From positions 704,001 to 768,000 of the forward strand of contig CAXXTB010000002.1 of the NCBI GenBank assembly GCA_963676795.2: DNA of 64,000 bases, written 5' to 3'. The notes beneath the pieces were generated by a model, which had not been told where the DNA came from, did not search any database, and saw only the letters and a list, made by a program, of their open reading frames with translations. Shown piece by piece: positions 28,378 through 39,027 of this stretch. The position numbers and the translations under genes are program-made. Origin of the DNA: Geopsychrobacteraceae bacterium. Lineage in GTDB: Bacteria > Desulfobacterota > Desulfuromonadia > Desulfuromonadales > Geopsychrobacteraceae. Within the stretch, counting starts at the first letter, position 1; the number at the start of each line of letters is the position of its first letter.

Positions 28378-30362
28378 AGCAGCTCCTTGTCAGCGCCAAG
28401 CGAAAGAATCAGGTTGCCGTATTGGTCGACACTGACTGTGGCAAAGGGGGGGACGACGATGGTCGAGGAGTATTCGACGATAATGGCCGGGCCCTGAAAG
28501 ACGTTGCCGTGGAGCAGTTTGTCCCGGGCGATGACCTGAGTGGGCTGGAAGCGGCCGTCAAAGTAGCTCTGGCGCTCAGCGATGAGCGCTTCAGCGGGCA
28601 GCCTTTCTCCGCCATGGGGCAGACAGGGAAATTCAGGCTTTTCTGGCTGACCGAAGGCGCGCAGGCGGATGTTGACCAGCTCGACGCTTTTATCCCGGCT
28701 ACAGTAGCCGTAGGTCTGTTCATGCAGCCGGTGGAACTCCTCGATAAAGTCGGCGACATAGGGAACCAGAATCTCAAATGACTGCCCCTGGTAACGCATG
28801 TCGAGATAGGGCTGAACGCGGATCTGCTGCGCGGCAATCCCTTCCTGCTGCAGGTCCTCCCGGCCTCGTGCGGCAAGTGGAGCCAGCTCGGCGTCGAGCC
28901 GTTCATGACTGAGCTGGGCTTCGCTGAGCATGACCGTCTGCGAATAATCCTTGATGACATCGCTCATCAGCATACCGACCGCCGAGAGAATACCGGGGTT
29001 ACGTGGAATCAGCACCTGCGGCATGTTTAGCTCCCTGGCCAGGTCGGCGGCGTGTAGCCCGCCGGCGCCGCCGAAGGAGAGCAGGGTGAATTCGCGGGGA
29101 TCGAAGCCGCGTTCTACGGAGATCACCTTGATCGCCCGTTCCATCGTCGTGTTGGCCACCGCGATAACCCCTTCGGCCAGTTCCAGCGGGCTGATCTTGA
29201 GCTGATTGGCCAGGGTCACAAAGTGGCGTTTGAGCTGTTCGAGATCAAGCTGCATGTGGCCACCGAGAAACCGATCAGGAATCAGCCGTCCGAGGAACAG
29301 GTTGGCATCGGTCACGGTGATCTCTGTACCTTTGCCGTAACAGATCGGGCCGGGATCGGCACCGGCACTTTCCGGACCGACCTTGAGGGCGCCGCCGGCA
29401 TCGCGGCAGGCGATCGAACCACCGCCGGCGCCGACCGTGTGGATATCGATCATCGGCACCTTGACCGGGTATTCGGCGATACTCGATTCCATGGTCAGCG
29501 GCAGTTTGCCGTCGAGCAGAGCGACGTCGGTCGAGGTGCCGCCCATGTCGAAGGTGATCAGCTTGGAAAAGCCGGCCCGGCGGCCCAGTTCAAAGGCACC
29601 GACGGCGCCGCCGGCCGGGCCGGAGAGGATGGTGCGTACCGGTTCGCGCATCGCTGTCTCGGCCGAGATGCTGCCGCCGTTCGACTGCATGATGCGGAAT
29701 GGGCGGCGGCCGATCTGGTGGCTCAAAAAATCGAGGTAGCCGCGCATCTTCGGCGAGACATAGGCGTTGATGACGGTTGTCGAGGTCCGTTCGTATTCAC
29801 GGAACTCAGCGAGGGTTTCGTACGACAGGGAAAGCGGAATCCCTAAGCAGGCCAGCGCGTCACGGACCTGGCGTTCATGCTCGGGGCTTTTGAACGAGAA
29901 GAGCAGCGACACGGCAAGCGATTCGACGCCGGACTCCTGCAGCGGCTGTTTCAGGCGCGCCAGATCCGCCGGATCAAGAGGTTCGATGACCTCGCCGTTC
30001 TGGTCAACCCGGCCGGAGATGCCGAAGCGCAACTCACGGGGGACCAGCGGGGCGTTCTTGCGATAGAAGAAGTCGTAGAGATGACCACGGTTCTGGCGGG
30101 CGATCTCGATGACATCCTCAAAGCGGCGGTTGGTGATCAACGCGGTTTTCGCTCCGCGTTTTTCCAGAATCGCGTTGGTCGCAACCGTCGAGCCATGAAC
30201 CAGCTGGTAGTCGCGCTCCGCCGCAATATGGCGGATTCCCTGCAGCACGGCCCCGGCCGGGTTGTGCGGGGTCGACAGGCATTTGTACTCGCCCCAGTTG
30301 TCGCCATCCTTCCAGATGAAGTCGGTAAAGGTTCCGCCTGTATCAACACCGATGAGTAGCAT
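28374..30362 (-). CDS. hydantoinase A / oxoprolinase family subunit
   Basis: GVDTGGTFTD, HGSTVATN, SGPAGG, DMGGTSTD, GAGGGS. Confidence 0.93.
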   Translation of the reverse strand: MLLIGVDTGGTFTDFIWKDGDNWGEYKCLSTPHNPAGAVLQGIRHIAAERDYQLVHGSTVATNAILEKRGAKTALITNRRFEDVIEIARQNRGHLYDFFYRKNAPLVPRELRFGISGRVDQNGEVIEPLDPADLARLKQPLQESGVESLAVSLLFSFKSPEHERQVRDALACLGIPLSLSYETLAEFREYERTSTTVINAYVSPKMRGYLDFLSHQIGRRPFRIMQSNGGSISAETAMREPVRTILSGPAGGAVGAFELGRRAGFSKLITFDMGGTSTDVALLDGKLPLTMESSIAEYPVKVPMIDIHTVGAGGGSIACRDAGGALKVGPESAGADPGPICYGKGTEITVTDANLFLGRLIPDRFLGGHMQLDLEQLKRHFVTLANQLKISPLELAEGVIAVANTTMERAIKVISVERGFDPREFTLLSFGGAGGLHAADLARELNMPQVLIPRNPGILSAVGMLMSDVIKDYSQTVMLSEAQLSHERLDAELAPLAARGREDLQQEGIAAQQIRVQPYLDMRYQGQSFEILVPYVADFIEEFHRLHEQTYGYCSRDKSVELVNIRLRAFGQPEKPEFPCLPHGGERLPAEALIAERQSYFDGRFQPTQVIARDKLLHGNVFQGPAIIVEYSSTIVVPPFATVSVDQYGNLILSLGADKELL

Positions 30363-30396
30363 GATGAGTCCTCTTTTGTATTTGTAGATGTGTTTA

Positions 30397-30537
30397 ACCA
30401 GGGGGGACACGGAGGATAGGGAGAAATTCAGGACAAAAGGCACCCCCCTCAATCCCCCCTATTTTATAGGGGGGAAGCGAGCGTAGCGAGCAGGGGGGTG
30501 TTTTTGACCTCCGTGATCTCCGTGTCTGTCGTGGTTC
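30397..30537. repeat. nested palindromic REP-like element
   Basis: Outer arms ACACGGAG/CTCCGTGT enclose an inner CCCCCCT..AGGGGGG palindrome. Confidence 0.55.
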
Positions 30538-30668
30538 AAATTTTCAAGCTTGTAAAACGGCCACAGCTTAGTGGATTACCCGTCAAAGTGCAAAGGGTTG
30601 AAGGCTTTTTAACTTGCCTCCGCCGTGCGCCCATGATAACAGGACAGCGATTTTAAAAAGGAGCAACG

Positions 30669-32303
30669 ATGATTCATCTGACCGATATGACCAAGCAGCA
30701 CGGCGACCGTGTGCTTTTTAAAAATGCCGGCTTTCAGATTCTGCCCGGAGCCAGAACCGGACTGGTCGGCCCGAACGGGGCCGGCAAGTCGACCATCTTC
30801 CGCCTGATCACCGGCGAAGAGGCTCTCGATGGCGGCGAGATCTCCTGCGCCAAGCGGACCGTTATCGGTTACTTCTCCCAGGATGTCGGCGAGATGTCCG
30901 GACGCAGTGCCCTTGCTGAGGTCGTCGCGGCCTCCGAGGCGACCGTCAAGCTGGGCGAACAGATCAGCGCCATGGAAGCCCAGATGTGCGAGCCGATGGA
31001 GGACGATGCCATGGCCGCCCTGCTCGAGCGCTACGGCGATGCCCAGCAGGAGTTCGAACATCGCGGTGGCTACGACCTGGAACCGCGTGCCCAGGCGGTG
31101 CTGACCGGCCTGGGGATCGGCCCCGACGATTACAACCGTCCGGTTGAATCGTTCAGCGGCGGCTGGAAGATGCGGATCGCCCTGGCCCGCATCCTGACCA
31201 TCAATCCCGATGTGCTGTTGCTCGACGAACCGACCAACCACCTGGACGTGGAGTCGATCGTCTGGCTGGAAAACTGGCTGGCTGAAGACTTTCAGGGGGC
31301 CGTACTGATGACCAGCCACGACCGTGACTTCATGAACCGGCTGGTCTCGCGAATTGTCGAGGTCGGCAATGGCGCGATCACCACCTATGGTGGCAATTAC
31401 GATTTCTACCTGCGCGAGCGCGAAATCCGCCGTGAACAGCTGGAAGCGAGCTTCAAGCGCCAGCAGGATATGCTCGCCAAGGAAGAGGAGTTCATTGCCC
31501 GTTTTGCCGCCCGCGCATCCCATGCCGCCCAGGTGCAGTCGCGGGTCAAGAAGCTGGAGAAGATCGAGCGGATCGAACTGCCGCCGGAACAGAAGGTGAT
31601 CAAGTTCGAATTTTCCGAACCGCCGCGCAGTGGTGACGATGTCATCGCTCTCGACGGCCTGGCCAAGAGTTGGCCGCTGGAAAACGGCGGTGAAAAGCCG
31701 GTCTTCTCCGGGATCTCGGGGATGGTCCGGCGCGGCGACAAGATCGCCGTGGTCGGTGTCAACGGTGCCGGTAAGTCGACCTTCCTGAAGACGCTCTGCG
31801 GTCAGACCGAACCGACCAGCGGGACGGCGACCATCGGCGCCAATGTCTTTACCGGTTACTTCAGTCAGCATTCGATGGAGCTGCTCGATCCGAAGAAGAC
31901 CGTCTTTGAAACAGTCCAGGATGCTCTGCCGCAGCAGACCGTCGGCGTGTTGCGCAACCTCTGTGCTGCCTTCCTGTTTCAGGGGGACGATGTCGACAAG
32001 CGGGTCGACAAGCTCTCCGGTGGCGAAAAGGCCCGGCTGATCCTCGCGACCATGCTGGGTCGCCCCTTAAACCTGTTGATTCTTGACGAACCGACCAACC
32101 ACCTCGATATCCAGTCGCGCGAGGTGCTGCTCGACGCGCTGCAGAAATTCACCGGCACCGTGCTTCTGGTCAGCCACGACCGTCACTTCCTGCGTTCCCT
32201 GGTGACCCGGGTCTTTGAGATCGATCACGGCGCGCTGATTCCCTATGAAGGGGATTACGAGTATTATCTGGAGAAAACCGGGCGTGAGCACGGTCAGGTC
32301 TGA
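30669..32303 (+). CDS. ABC-F family ATPase
   Basis: Two ABC domains (GPNGAGKST/FSGGW/DEPTNHLD; GVNGAGKST/LSGGE/DEPTNHLD), no TM. Confidence 0.95.
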   Translation: MIHLTDMTKQHGDRVLFKNAGFQILPGARTGLVGPNGAGKSTIFRLITGEEALDGGEISCAKRTVIGYFSQDVGEMSGRSALAEVVAASEATVKLGEQISAMEAQMCEPMEDDAMAALLERYGDAQQEFEHRGGYDLEPRAQAVLTGLGIGPDDYNRPVESFSGGWKMRIALARILTINPDVLLLDEPTNHLDVESIVWLENWLAEDFQGAVLMTSHDRDFMNRLVSRIVEVGNGAITTYGGNYDFYLREREIRREQLEASFKRQQDMLAKEEEFIARFAARASHAAQVQSRVKKLEKIERIELPPEQKVIKFEFSEPPRSGDDVIALDGLAKSWPLENGGEKPVFSGISGMVRRGDKIAVVGVNGAGKSTFLKTLCGQTEPTSGTATIGANVFTGYFSQHSMELLDPKKTVFETVQDALPQQTVGVLRNLCAAFLFQGDDVDKRVDKLSGGEKARLILATMLGRPLNLLILDEPTNHLDIQSREVLLDALQKFTGTVLLVSHDRHFLRSLVTRVFEIDHGALIPYEGDYEYYLEKTGREHGQV

Positions 32304-32346
32304 GCGGGTCTGTGGTTTTGACTGTTAAGATCTTGAAATCAAAGAC

Positions 32347-32552
32347 AAAACCGGCGGGTCTCGTCCCGCCAGACGACTGACTTTCCTTTGAGCGCAAAGG
32401 AAAGCCAGCAAAGGAAACTTTTTTAATAACGACCTAAGCCATTCATGCCTTCTCCGTTGGTTTAAACCTGCAAAAAGGCACGCGCCCCAAGATGAGCTGC
32501 TCTCATCAACGGGCAGAACCGAATTATGCCAAAGGCGCTGCCTTTGGCAGCA
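32347..32552 (+). repeat. structured intergenic repeat, subtype 1 variant
   Basis: AAAACCGGCGGG..CCCGCC, CTTTCCTTTG..CAAAGGAAAG and GATGAG..CTCATCAACGGGCAGAACCG; 3' half matches the reverse copy at 43104-43227; 5' end matches the reverse complement of 60010-60036. Confidence 0.75.
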
Positions 32553-32614
32553 GCATAAGAGCCCTCGCTGATGCTGAGGGCTCTTGGGGTGCTTTAGAAG
32601 CTGAAGTTCGTTGG

Positions 32615-33313
32615 TCAGGCTGCTGTGTTGATTGTAGAGCTGCTTGTCTCAAGCAGGCTGTAAAGGCTGTCTGTGCTGTTTTGCAGGTAACTGCTCAGGC
32701 CGCTTAGCGAGGCGAAGCTGTTCTCTTGCGGTGGCGGGCCCTGGGGGCGGTTGGCTTCGAGGGCGGCAACTGTTTCATCTTCGCTCAAGACCCCGTCTTC
32801 GTCTTCGTCAAAGGCTGAAATCAGGTCTTCGACGCTCAGGCTCTGGCCGGTCGCTGAATTGATCATATCGACCAGGCTTTCTGCCTCGCTGTCATCGATG
32901 GTGCCGTTGGAGTTGCTGTCGGCGTTGCTGAACAGCTCTTCTTCCAGGCTTCCTGTCGTCTCTTCCGCTGGTGGTGGCGGTGGTGGACCTTCCGGACGAT
33001 TGGCTTCAAGGGCGGCCATGGTCTCATCTTCACTTAAAGCGCCGTCACCATCTTCGTCGTAGTTGCTGAAAATTTCATCCGCATTGAGGTTGGCTCCGGT
33101 CGCTCCGCTGATTTGTTCGAGCAGGGATGCAAATTCCGTCTGGCTCAGGCTGCCGCTATTGTCTTCGTCTACCGAACTGAACATCTCTTGCGGGGGAAAA
33201 CCTTTAGGAGCGTCAACCTTTGATGAAGAGCTGTCCGTGGCAGAACTGGAACGATTCGCCAGGCTGTACAGCTGCGAGTTGTAAGCACTGGAGACGATAC
33301 TGCCGATTGTCAT
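32615..33313 (-). CDS. EF-hand Ca2+-binding protein with an internal duplication
   Basis: Four DxDxxGxL/I loops in two ~70-aa repeats, each ending ALEANRPxGPPP; Ser-rich termini. Confidence 0.85.
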   Translation of the reverse strand: MTIGSIVSSAYNSQLYSLANRSSSATDSSSSKVDAPKGFPPQEMFSSVDEDNSGSLSQTEFASLLEQISGATGANLNADEIFSNYDEDGDGALSEDETMAALEANRPEGPPPPPPAEETTGSLEEELFSNADSNSNGTIDDSEAESLVDMINSATGQSLSVEDLISAFDEDEDGVLSEDETVAALEANRPQGPPPQENSFASLSGLSSYLQNSTDSLYSLLETSSSTINTAA

Positions 33314-33439
33314 TGTTTCTCTCCTTTTATTGGTGTGCTGCCTTCAGCTTCCGTCTGATAGCTCTTCGACGTATTTTAGGGGCTTTTTGAGAGCAGAAGG
33401 GTAACAAGCCTGTAACGCTTTGTAGCTGCGTGGGAGAGA

Positions 33440-35503
33440 TCAGCGCAGGCCCTGCTGGTTACGGATCTCGGCCGGAGCCGGTTCGAAATGGGAGAATTCC
33501 ATGGTGAAGCTGCCCTGGCCTTTGGTGGCGCTGCGCAGTTCGGTCATATAGCCGAACATTTCGAGCAGGGGAACTGTAGCGCGGATGACATCCTGCCCCG
33601 GACGCGAAGTGACCCCTTCAACCTGGCCGCGTTTCTGGTTGAGGCTGCCCATGACCCGTCCCGTGTAGTCGGATGGGGTGACCAGCTCCAGGGCCATGAC
33701 CGGTTCCAGCAGGGTTGGGCGCCCCTGTTGCAGGAGCTGGGCTACGGCCCGGCTGAGTGCGGCAGAAATACCGATGTCGGTGGTTCTCTGGCTGTCATAG
33801 GGGGCGGCGGTCAGGGTCAGCTCCAGGTCGGTGAGTGGATAGCCGGCCAGCGGTCCGGATTGACAGGCAGCGGTCAGTCGCTTCTGAATCAGTTCTGCCA
33901 GAGGGGGAGGCCAGGCTGACAGGATATTTTCAGCGATAATAATCTGCGGTCCGGAACGCAACGGTCTGGGGGCGATGGCCAGGGTCACGTCACCACAGTG
34001 GAGCTTGCCGTCGATTTCTCTTTCAAAGATTTCGTGGAACTCGGCCTGCCTGGTGACCGTCTCCCGGTAGACGACCTGGGGACGCCCGGTGGACACTTCG
34101 ACGCCGAAATCACTGCGCAGCCGTTCGCAGACAACCTCCAGGTGTAGTTCGCCCATGCCGGTCAGCAGGGTCTGGCCGGTCTCTTCGTCTTCCCTGACCC
34201 TGAAGGTCGGATCTTCCCATTGCAGCTTCTCCAGGGCCAGGGGCAGTTTGTCGCGGCCGTCGATACTTTTGGCCTCGACCGCCAGCGAGACGACCGGTTC
34301 CGGATATTCAAGTCCGGCCAGCTGCAGCGGATCCTCCGGACTGCTGAGGGTGTCACCGGTCAGAACAGTTTTCAGTCCGGTTGCGGTGACGATATCCCCG
34401 GCTTCGGCCAGGTCAATTCGTTCCCTTTTATGGGCATGCATACGGAACAGCCTGGCGACCTTTTCGACCGAAGCGGTTCTGCTGTTGAACAGGTTGTCAC
34501 CCGGGTTCAGTTTACCGGCATAGATGCGCAGGTAGGTCAGCTTGCGGCCGTCGTCGGCCAGAACCTTGAAGGCCAGGGCACAGAGCGTCGCCTTGACATC
34601 CGTGGTGACCTGACGTTGTTCCTTGCTTGTCAACTGCAGAGCCGGTGCTGGTGGCGTGTCTAGGGGCGAGGGGAGCAGCTGGCAGATCCCCTCCAGGACC
34701 GGCTGAACCCCCTTGTTGCGCAGAGCTGAGCCGAGCAGAACAGGAAACAGGCGGCAGCCGATGACACCACGGCGTAACGCTGTAACCAGTCTTTCAGGGG
34801 CGATCTGTTTGCCGTCAAGAAAGTCGCTGAGGATGCTGTCATCGAAGTCGGCGACCGCTTCGACCAGCGCGTCGCGTTGTTCCTGTGCCTCGGCCTGTAA
34901 CTCTGCGGGGATCGGTTGCTCGGTGTAGGTCTTGCCCAGATCGTCGTCACTGAAAATAATCAGCTTTTCCGTGATCAGGTCGACAACCCCGTGAAAATGC
35001 TCTTCTTCTCCCAGTGGCAGCTGTAACAGGACCGGCGTGGCAGCCAGTTTGCTGCGCATCGCTTCCAGGACCCGCCGGTAGTCAGCGCCGATGCGGTCCA
35101 TCTTGTTGATCAGGCAGATGCGTGGCACCTGGTAGCGGTTGGCCTGGCGCCAGACCGATTCGCTCTGGGGCTGGACTCCTTCGACGGCACTGAAAATGGC
35201 CACAGCTCCGTCGAGGGCCCGCAGGGAGCGCTCCACCTCAATGGTGAAGTCGATATGGCCGGGGGTGTCGATCAGGTTGAAGGTATAGTCTTTCCAGTGG
35301 CAGGTCGTGGCCGTTGCTGTGATGGTGATGCCACGCTGCTGTTCCTGTTCCATCCAGTCCATGACCGCCATGCCATCGTGGACCTCGCCCATTTTATGAA
35401 TTTCACCGGTGTAGTAGAGAATGCGTTCGGAGACCGTCGTTTTTCCGGCATCGATGTGTGAGATGATTCCAAAATTACGAATGTGGCTGAGAGCATTTGG
35501 CAT
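33440..35503 (-). CDS. fusA: elongation factor G paralogue
   Basis: [29 protein letters not shown]; not in the str operon. Confidence 0.9.
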   Translation of the reverse strand: MPNALSHIRNFGIISHIDAGKTTVSERILYYTGEIHKMGEVHDGMAVMDWMEQEQQRGITITATATTCHWKDYTFNLIDTPGHIDFTIEVERSLRALDGAVAIFSAVEGVQPQSESVWRQANRYQVPRICLINKMDRIGADYRRVLEAMRSKLAATPVLLQLPLGEEEHFHGVVDLITEKLIIFSDDDLGKTYTEQPIPAELQAEAQEQRDALVEAVADFDDSILSDFLDGKQIAPERLVTALRRGVIGCRLFPVLLGSALRNKGVQPVLEGICQLLPSPLDTPPAPALQLTSKEQRQVTTDVKATLCALAFKVLADDGRKLTYLRIYAGKLNPGDNLFNSRTASVEKVARLFRMHAHKRERIDLAEAGDIVTATGLKTVLTGDTLSSPEDPLQLAGLEYPEPVVSLAVEAKSIDGRDKLPLALEKLQWEDPTFRVREDEETGQTLLTGMGELHLEVVCERLRSDFGVEVSTGRPQVVYRETVTRQAEFHEIFEREIDGKLHCGDVTLAIAPRPLRSGPQIIIAENILSAWPPPLAELIQKRLTAACQSGPLAGYPLTDLELTLTAAPYDSQRTTDIGISAALSRAVAQLLQQGRPTLLEPVMALELVTPSDYTGRVMGSLNQKRGQVEGVTSRPGQDVIRATVPLLEMFGYMTELRSATKGQGSFTMEFSHFEPAPAEIRNQQGLR

Positions 35504-36412
35504 GGTGAACCCCAGTAGCGTGAAGGAGAAACATGAGGCTGAGGTCTTCATCATAACTCAATTTGGCTGTTGAGCGTTAAAATTTATATCTAGTTGGTTC
35601 GCTGATAGCCATTTTTGGGGAAGGATAACGAGCGGAAAATAAAAAAAATGCGTCATAAGTGAAAAAATAAAACCGTTAGGTTTCTTATGGTGAGATGCAA
35701 TTTCTTCACTTGGAACCGCAAGTTAATTTGCTGTGCCTAATATTTGCATATGCTCGTAACTTTTTGCAACACCATTTAAAAAGTCCGTGATAACAGTAAA
35801 CTGTGAATAAACTTAATTGTTGCCTTAATGAACTTTGTCGTTATGAAAGAGGCTAGGTGCTGTATCGAAACTGTATTTTTGCACAGGGCGAAACGTGAAA
35901 AAGAGCATCCGTGGACTGCCAGAGTTGACGAAATTGGAAAATATTTATAGCGTGCGCTATATCAAAACTCAATCGATGTGGTTAATTATGTCGACGTTCA
36001 GCGTCATATGTTTGTTTCCTGGTTCGTTACGTAGTCTGGTTTGAAATCTGTCCCAAGTTCACCTTGTAGTCCGATTTTTTCCGTCTAGCAGAACAGAAAC
36101 ACCAATGCTGCATGTCGATGACAGATATGCCGCATGTACGCGTTACCATGTCCGGTTGTCGGTTATGGCGGCGGTGCCTATCCGCGTTCTGGCGGGCATC
36201 GTTTCCGCGATAAGAACATCGGAATGCCGCTGAGCGGTTCCATCTTCATGGGGCGTTGAAACAGGCTGTTTTTGCCTGGCCTGCCTCTGTCGTGGGGCAA
36301 ATCTATTATTTTGAGAATTCATTGACGAGTGTGGAGGGGGGATCACTGTCGTGTCGACGGATGACTGCCTCCACTTATCCTGTAAACGTGGTTGAGGAGG
36401 TTAAGTCGTAAA

Positions 36413-37894
36413 ATGTCGAGTCCAATTATCTACGCAGCAATTTATTTCATCATTGTTGTCTTCGGGTCGTGCTTTTACTTCCGGGGCAAAGTCAAGAACG
36501 TTGATGACTTCACCACTGGTGGTAAAACACTGAAATGGTACATGGTCGCTTCCGGCCTTGCGCTGATCCCGCTCGGTTCCGGTCACACCATGAACCTCTG
36601 GGAAGCATCTGCCGGCCTTGGTGCAGGTGTTCTGTTCTGGCCGGTTATCGTCGGTGGTATCTTCCTGCCGCTGGCAACCCTGTGGTTCGGTCCATGGCTG
36701 CGCGAGCTGAATGTTCAGACCTTCCCGGAGTCACTGGAAATGCAGTTTGGCCCAGCTATGGGTTACCTCAATGGTGCAGTTAACACAGCAACCTGGACCG
36801 GTATCTGTATGGGTGAGACCCTGGCGACCGGTGGTGCGATCTACGGTCTGACCGGTGGTGCTGTGCCATTCAAGCCATGGTGTATCATCATCGCTTTCGT
36901 GCTGATCATCGTTTACGTTATCTTCGGCGGCGTTCTGCAGTTCTCCGTCGTCAGTACCGTCAACGCGACCGTCATGATCGTCGGTTCCTATGCTGCCCTG
37001 ATTCTGACCGGTGGCTGGCTGACCGCTAATGCTATGGGCTGGGCCGGTGTTGCCGAGTATTACACCTCTATTGGCGAGGCCTGGAGACTGGAAATCTTCC
37101 GTTTCTCTCCTGACCTGTTCTTCCAGATCATCATCCCGGTTGCCGTTCTGCACATCACTGCTGCTGCAGTTACCCAGGGTGTTTACATCCCGATCTTCGC
37201 TGCCAAGTCAACTCAGGAAGTCCGTAAAGCGACCTTCATGGCTGCAATGGTCAACGGTATGGCGTCCTTCCCGTGGGTTCTGATGGCTATGGCCGCCATG
37301 ACCATCCCTGCCATCGCTGCCGGTGGTGCCAAGCTGTCGGTCATCAATCATGCGATCCAGAACCTTCCGGCTCCGATCGTCGGTCTGCTGATGGTCTGTC
37401 TGCTCGCCGCAACCCTGTCGACCGGTTCCAGTGTTATGCTCGGTAACGCGACTGTTATCGTCGATGTAATTCTCAAGCGTGCCTGTTTCCCGAACATGAC
37501 CCCGGAAACCCAGTTCAAGCTGATGCGTCCGATGGTTGTTGTCTGCGGTCTGCTTGCTTGCGTACCTGCTTTGTTTGCACCAATGATCTTTCCGATCTTC
37601 CTCTGGTGTTTCTCTTTCGGGATTCCGATCTTCTTCGTCTGGTTGGCCGGTATGGTCTGGAAGTGTAGCAAGTCTGCAGCCTGGATCACCATTTTGGTAT
37701 CCTACATTGTGAACTTTGTCTGGACTTTTGCAACTCCGAGCTGGGCTCCGGGTCCGTTCGCTCTGAACATGTATCCGGTTACCCTGATCTCCCTGGTGCT
37801 GGTTATTGTTCTGAATGCAATTCTGCCTGGTGAGGCTGCTCTGCTCAAGCGCCACCGTGCCGGTCAGCTAAAAGGCGTAGCAAAAGCTGCTTAA
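36413..37894 (+). CDS. sodium:solute symporter (SSS) family transporter
   Basis: About 13 TM segments, DDFTTGGKTL and LAATLST motifs; GAGGAGG SD. Confidence 0.88.
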   Translation: MSSPIIYAAIYFIIVVFGSCFYFRGKVKNVDDFTTGGKTLKWYMVASGLALIPLGSGHTMNLWEASAGLGAGVLFWPVIVGGIFLPLATLWFGPWLRELNVQTFPESLEMQFGPAMGYLNGAVNTATWTGICMGETLATGGAIYGLTGGAVPFKPWCIIIAFVLIIVYVIFGGVLQFSVVSTVNATVMIVGSYAALILTGGWLTANAMGWAGVAEYYTSIGEAWRLEIFRFSPDLFFQIIIPVAVLHITAAAVTQGVYIPIFAAKSTQEVRKATFMAAMVNGMASFPWVLMAMAAMTIPAIAAGGAKLSVINHAIQNLPAPIVGLLMVCLLAATLSTGSSVMLGNATVIVDVILKRACFPNMTPETQFKLMRPMVVVCGLLACVPALFAPMIFPIFLWCFSFGIPIFFVWLAGMVWKCSKSAAWITILVSYIVNFVWTFATPSWAPGPFALNMYPVTLISLVLVIVLNAILPGEAALLKRHRAGQLKGVAKAA

Positions 37895-37915
37895 CGAGAA
37901 AGAGGAGATTTTCAA

Positions 37916-38023
37916 ATGTTCGTATGGACACTGTTTATTCAAGAATTTCTGATGGCTGTTGTTTTCAGTGGTATTGTCTACGTGATCTGGAAGATGACCA
38001 GCAGCAACGGGAAATGGTTTTAA
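37916..38023 (+). CDS. small single-TM protein (35 aa)
   Basis: MFVWTLFIQEFLMAVVFSGIVYVIWKMTSSNGKWF*; GAGGAG SD; not in the ORF track. Confidence 0.7.
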   Translation: MFVWTLFIQEFLMAVVFSGIVYVIWKMTSSNGKWF

Positions 38024-38050
38024 TTTTTCTTCCGAATTAAGGAGTTTATA

Positions 38051-38155
38051 ATGGGTAAAGCTGAATTGCTGGTTGCGGCCTACATCTGCTGTATCATGCT
38101 GGTGCTTGGCGGCATGGCCCTGATCGGTACGCTGGTCAACAAGGCAAAGAAATAA
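38051..38155 (+). CDS. small single-TM protein (34 aa)
   Basis: MGKAELLVAAYICCIMLVLGGMALIGTLVNKAKK*; AAGGAG SD; basic C-terminus. Confidence 0.7.
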   Translation: MGKAELLVAAYICCIMLVLGGMALIGTLVNKAKK

Positions 38156-38319
38156 GGTTACCAAGGTAACCAGATAGCGCCGGCGCTGAACTGATGTTCG
38201 GTGGGCGGTGAGTGAAAATGGACTCCCGGCTACATATTTTGTGGTCGGGAGTTTCTTTGTTTGTGGGGTTGGTGTAGATTGTCCCCTTGATTTGTTGTGA
38301 TGAAACTGGAGAAGGTTGA

Positions 38320-38991
38320 ATGCATATCATCCATCACTATGACGAGTTGTGCAGTGTCGGTGAGCGACTTGACCTGCCCAAGGGGGTCTGCCTGCAGGAC
38401 ATGGTGCCACCGGGAGAGAATTGCGTCTTCCTTCTGGACGAAGGGGTCTGCGCCGCAACCAAGATGACTGAAAGCGGTGGCGAACGGACCTTTACCTATT
38501 TTACCCCGCGCTGGCTGTTCAGTATCGTTCCTCTCTACCTCCAGGAATATGCCGATGAGGAGTGGGAGGTACAGTACTATACGCGCACACCCAGCAGCCT
38601 GTATCGTATCGCGGCCGATCAGTTCGATGCGATGGTGGAACAATATCCGCTGCTGGCGAAAACCGTCATGAAGGTCCTCTCCTACAACCTCGTCCGCATC
38701 CAGTCCAACTTTTTCGACCGGGAGGATCTGCCGGCCTTCTTACGCGTCTGCAAGGTGCTTCTGCAGCTGGATACCGGTGAGGGAATCGCGCCCTTTTTCA
38801 CCGCTGAAGAGCTTGGCAGCTTTATCGGGGCGCACTCGGTCACGGTGGCCAAGATCATCGTTCAGCTGAAAAGGCATGGCTTTGTCAGCCGTCGCAACCG
38901 CCGTCTGTTCGTCGATGACAGAAGCGGCCTGACCCGCGTCCTCAAGGAGCGGATTGTCCTGAACTATTATCAGAATCCTGACGAATCCTGA
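38320..38991 (+). CDS. Crp/Fnr family transcriptional regulator
   Basis: cNMP-like domain (LLDEG, ESGGE) and HTH FTAEELGSFIGAHSVTVAKI. Confidence 0.85.
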   Translation: MHIIHHYDELCSVGERLDLPKGVCLQDMVPPGENCVFLLDEGVCAATKMTESGGERTFTYFTPRWLFSIVPLYLQEYADEEWEVQYYTRTPSSLYRIAADQFDAMVEQYPLLAKTVMKVLSYNLVRIQSNFFDREDLPAFLRVCKVLLQLDTGEGIAPFFTAEELGSFIGAHSVTVAKIIVQLKRHGFVSRRNRRLFVDDRSGLTRVLKERIVLNYYQNPDES

Positions 38992-39027
38992 CGAGCTGGG
39001 TTTGTCTGAAAGAACAGGGGCCGTCTG

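Noticed and set aside
36134..36259. Gly-rich 41-aa ORF (MYALPCPVVGYGGGAY...) as a RiPP precursor or leader peptide
   Set aside because: No SD, no modifying enzymes nearby, and competing frames are equally plausible.
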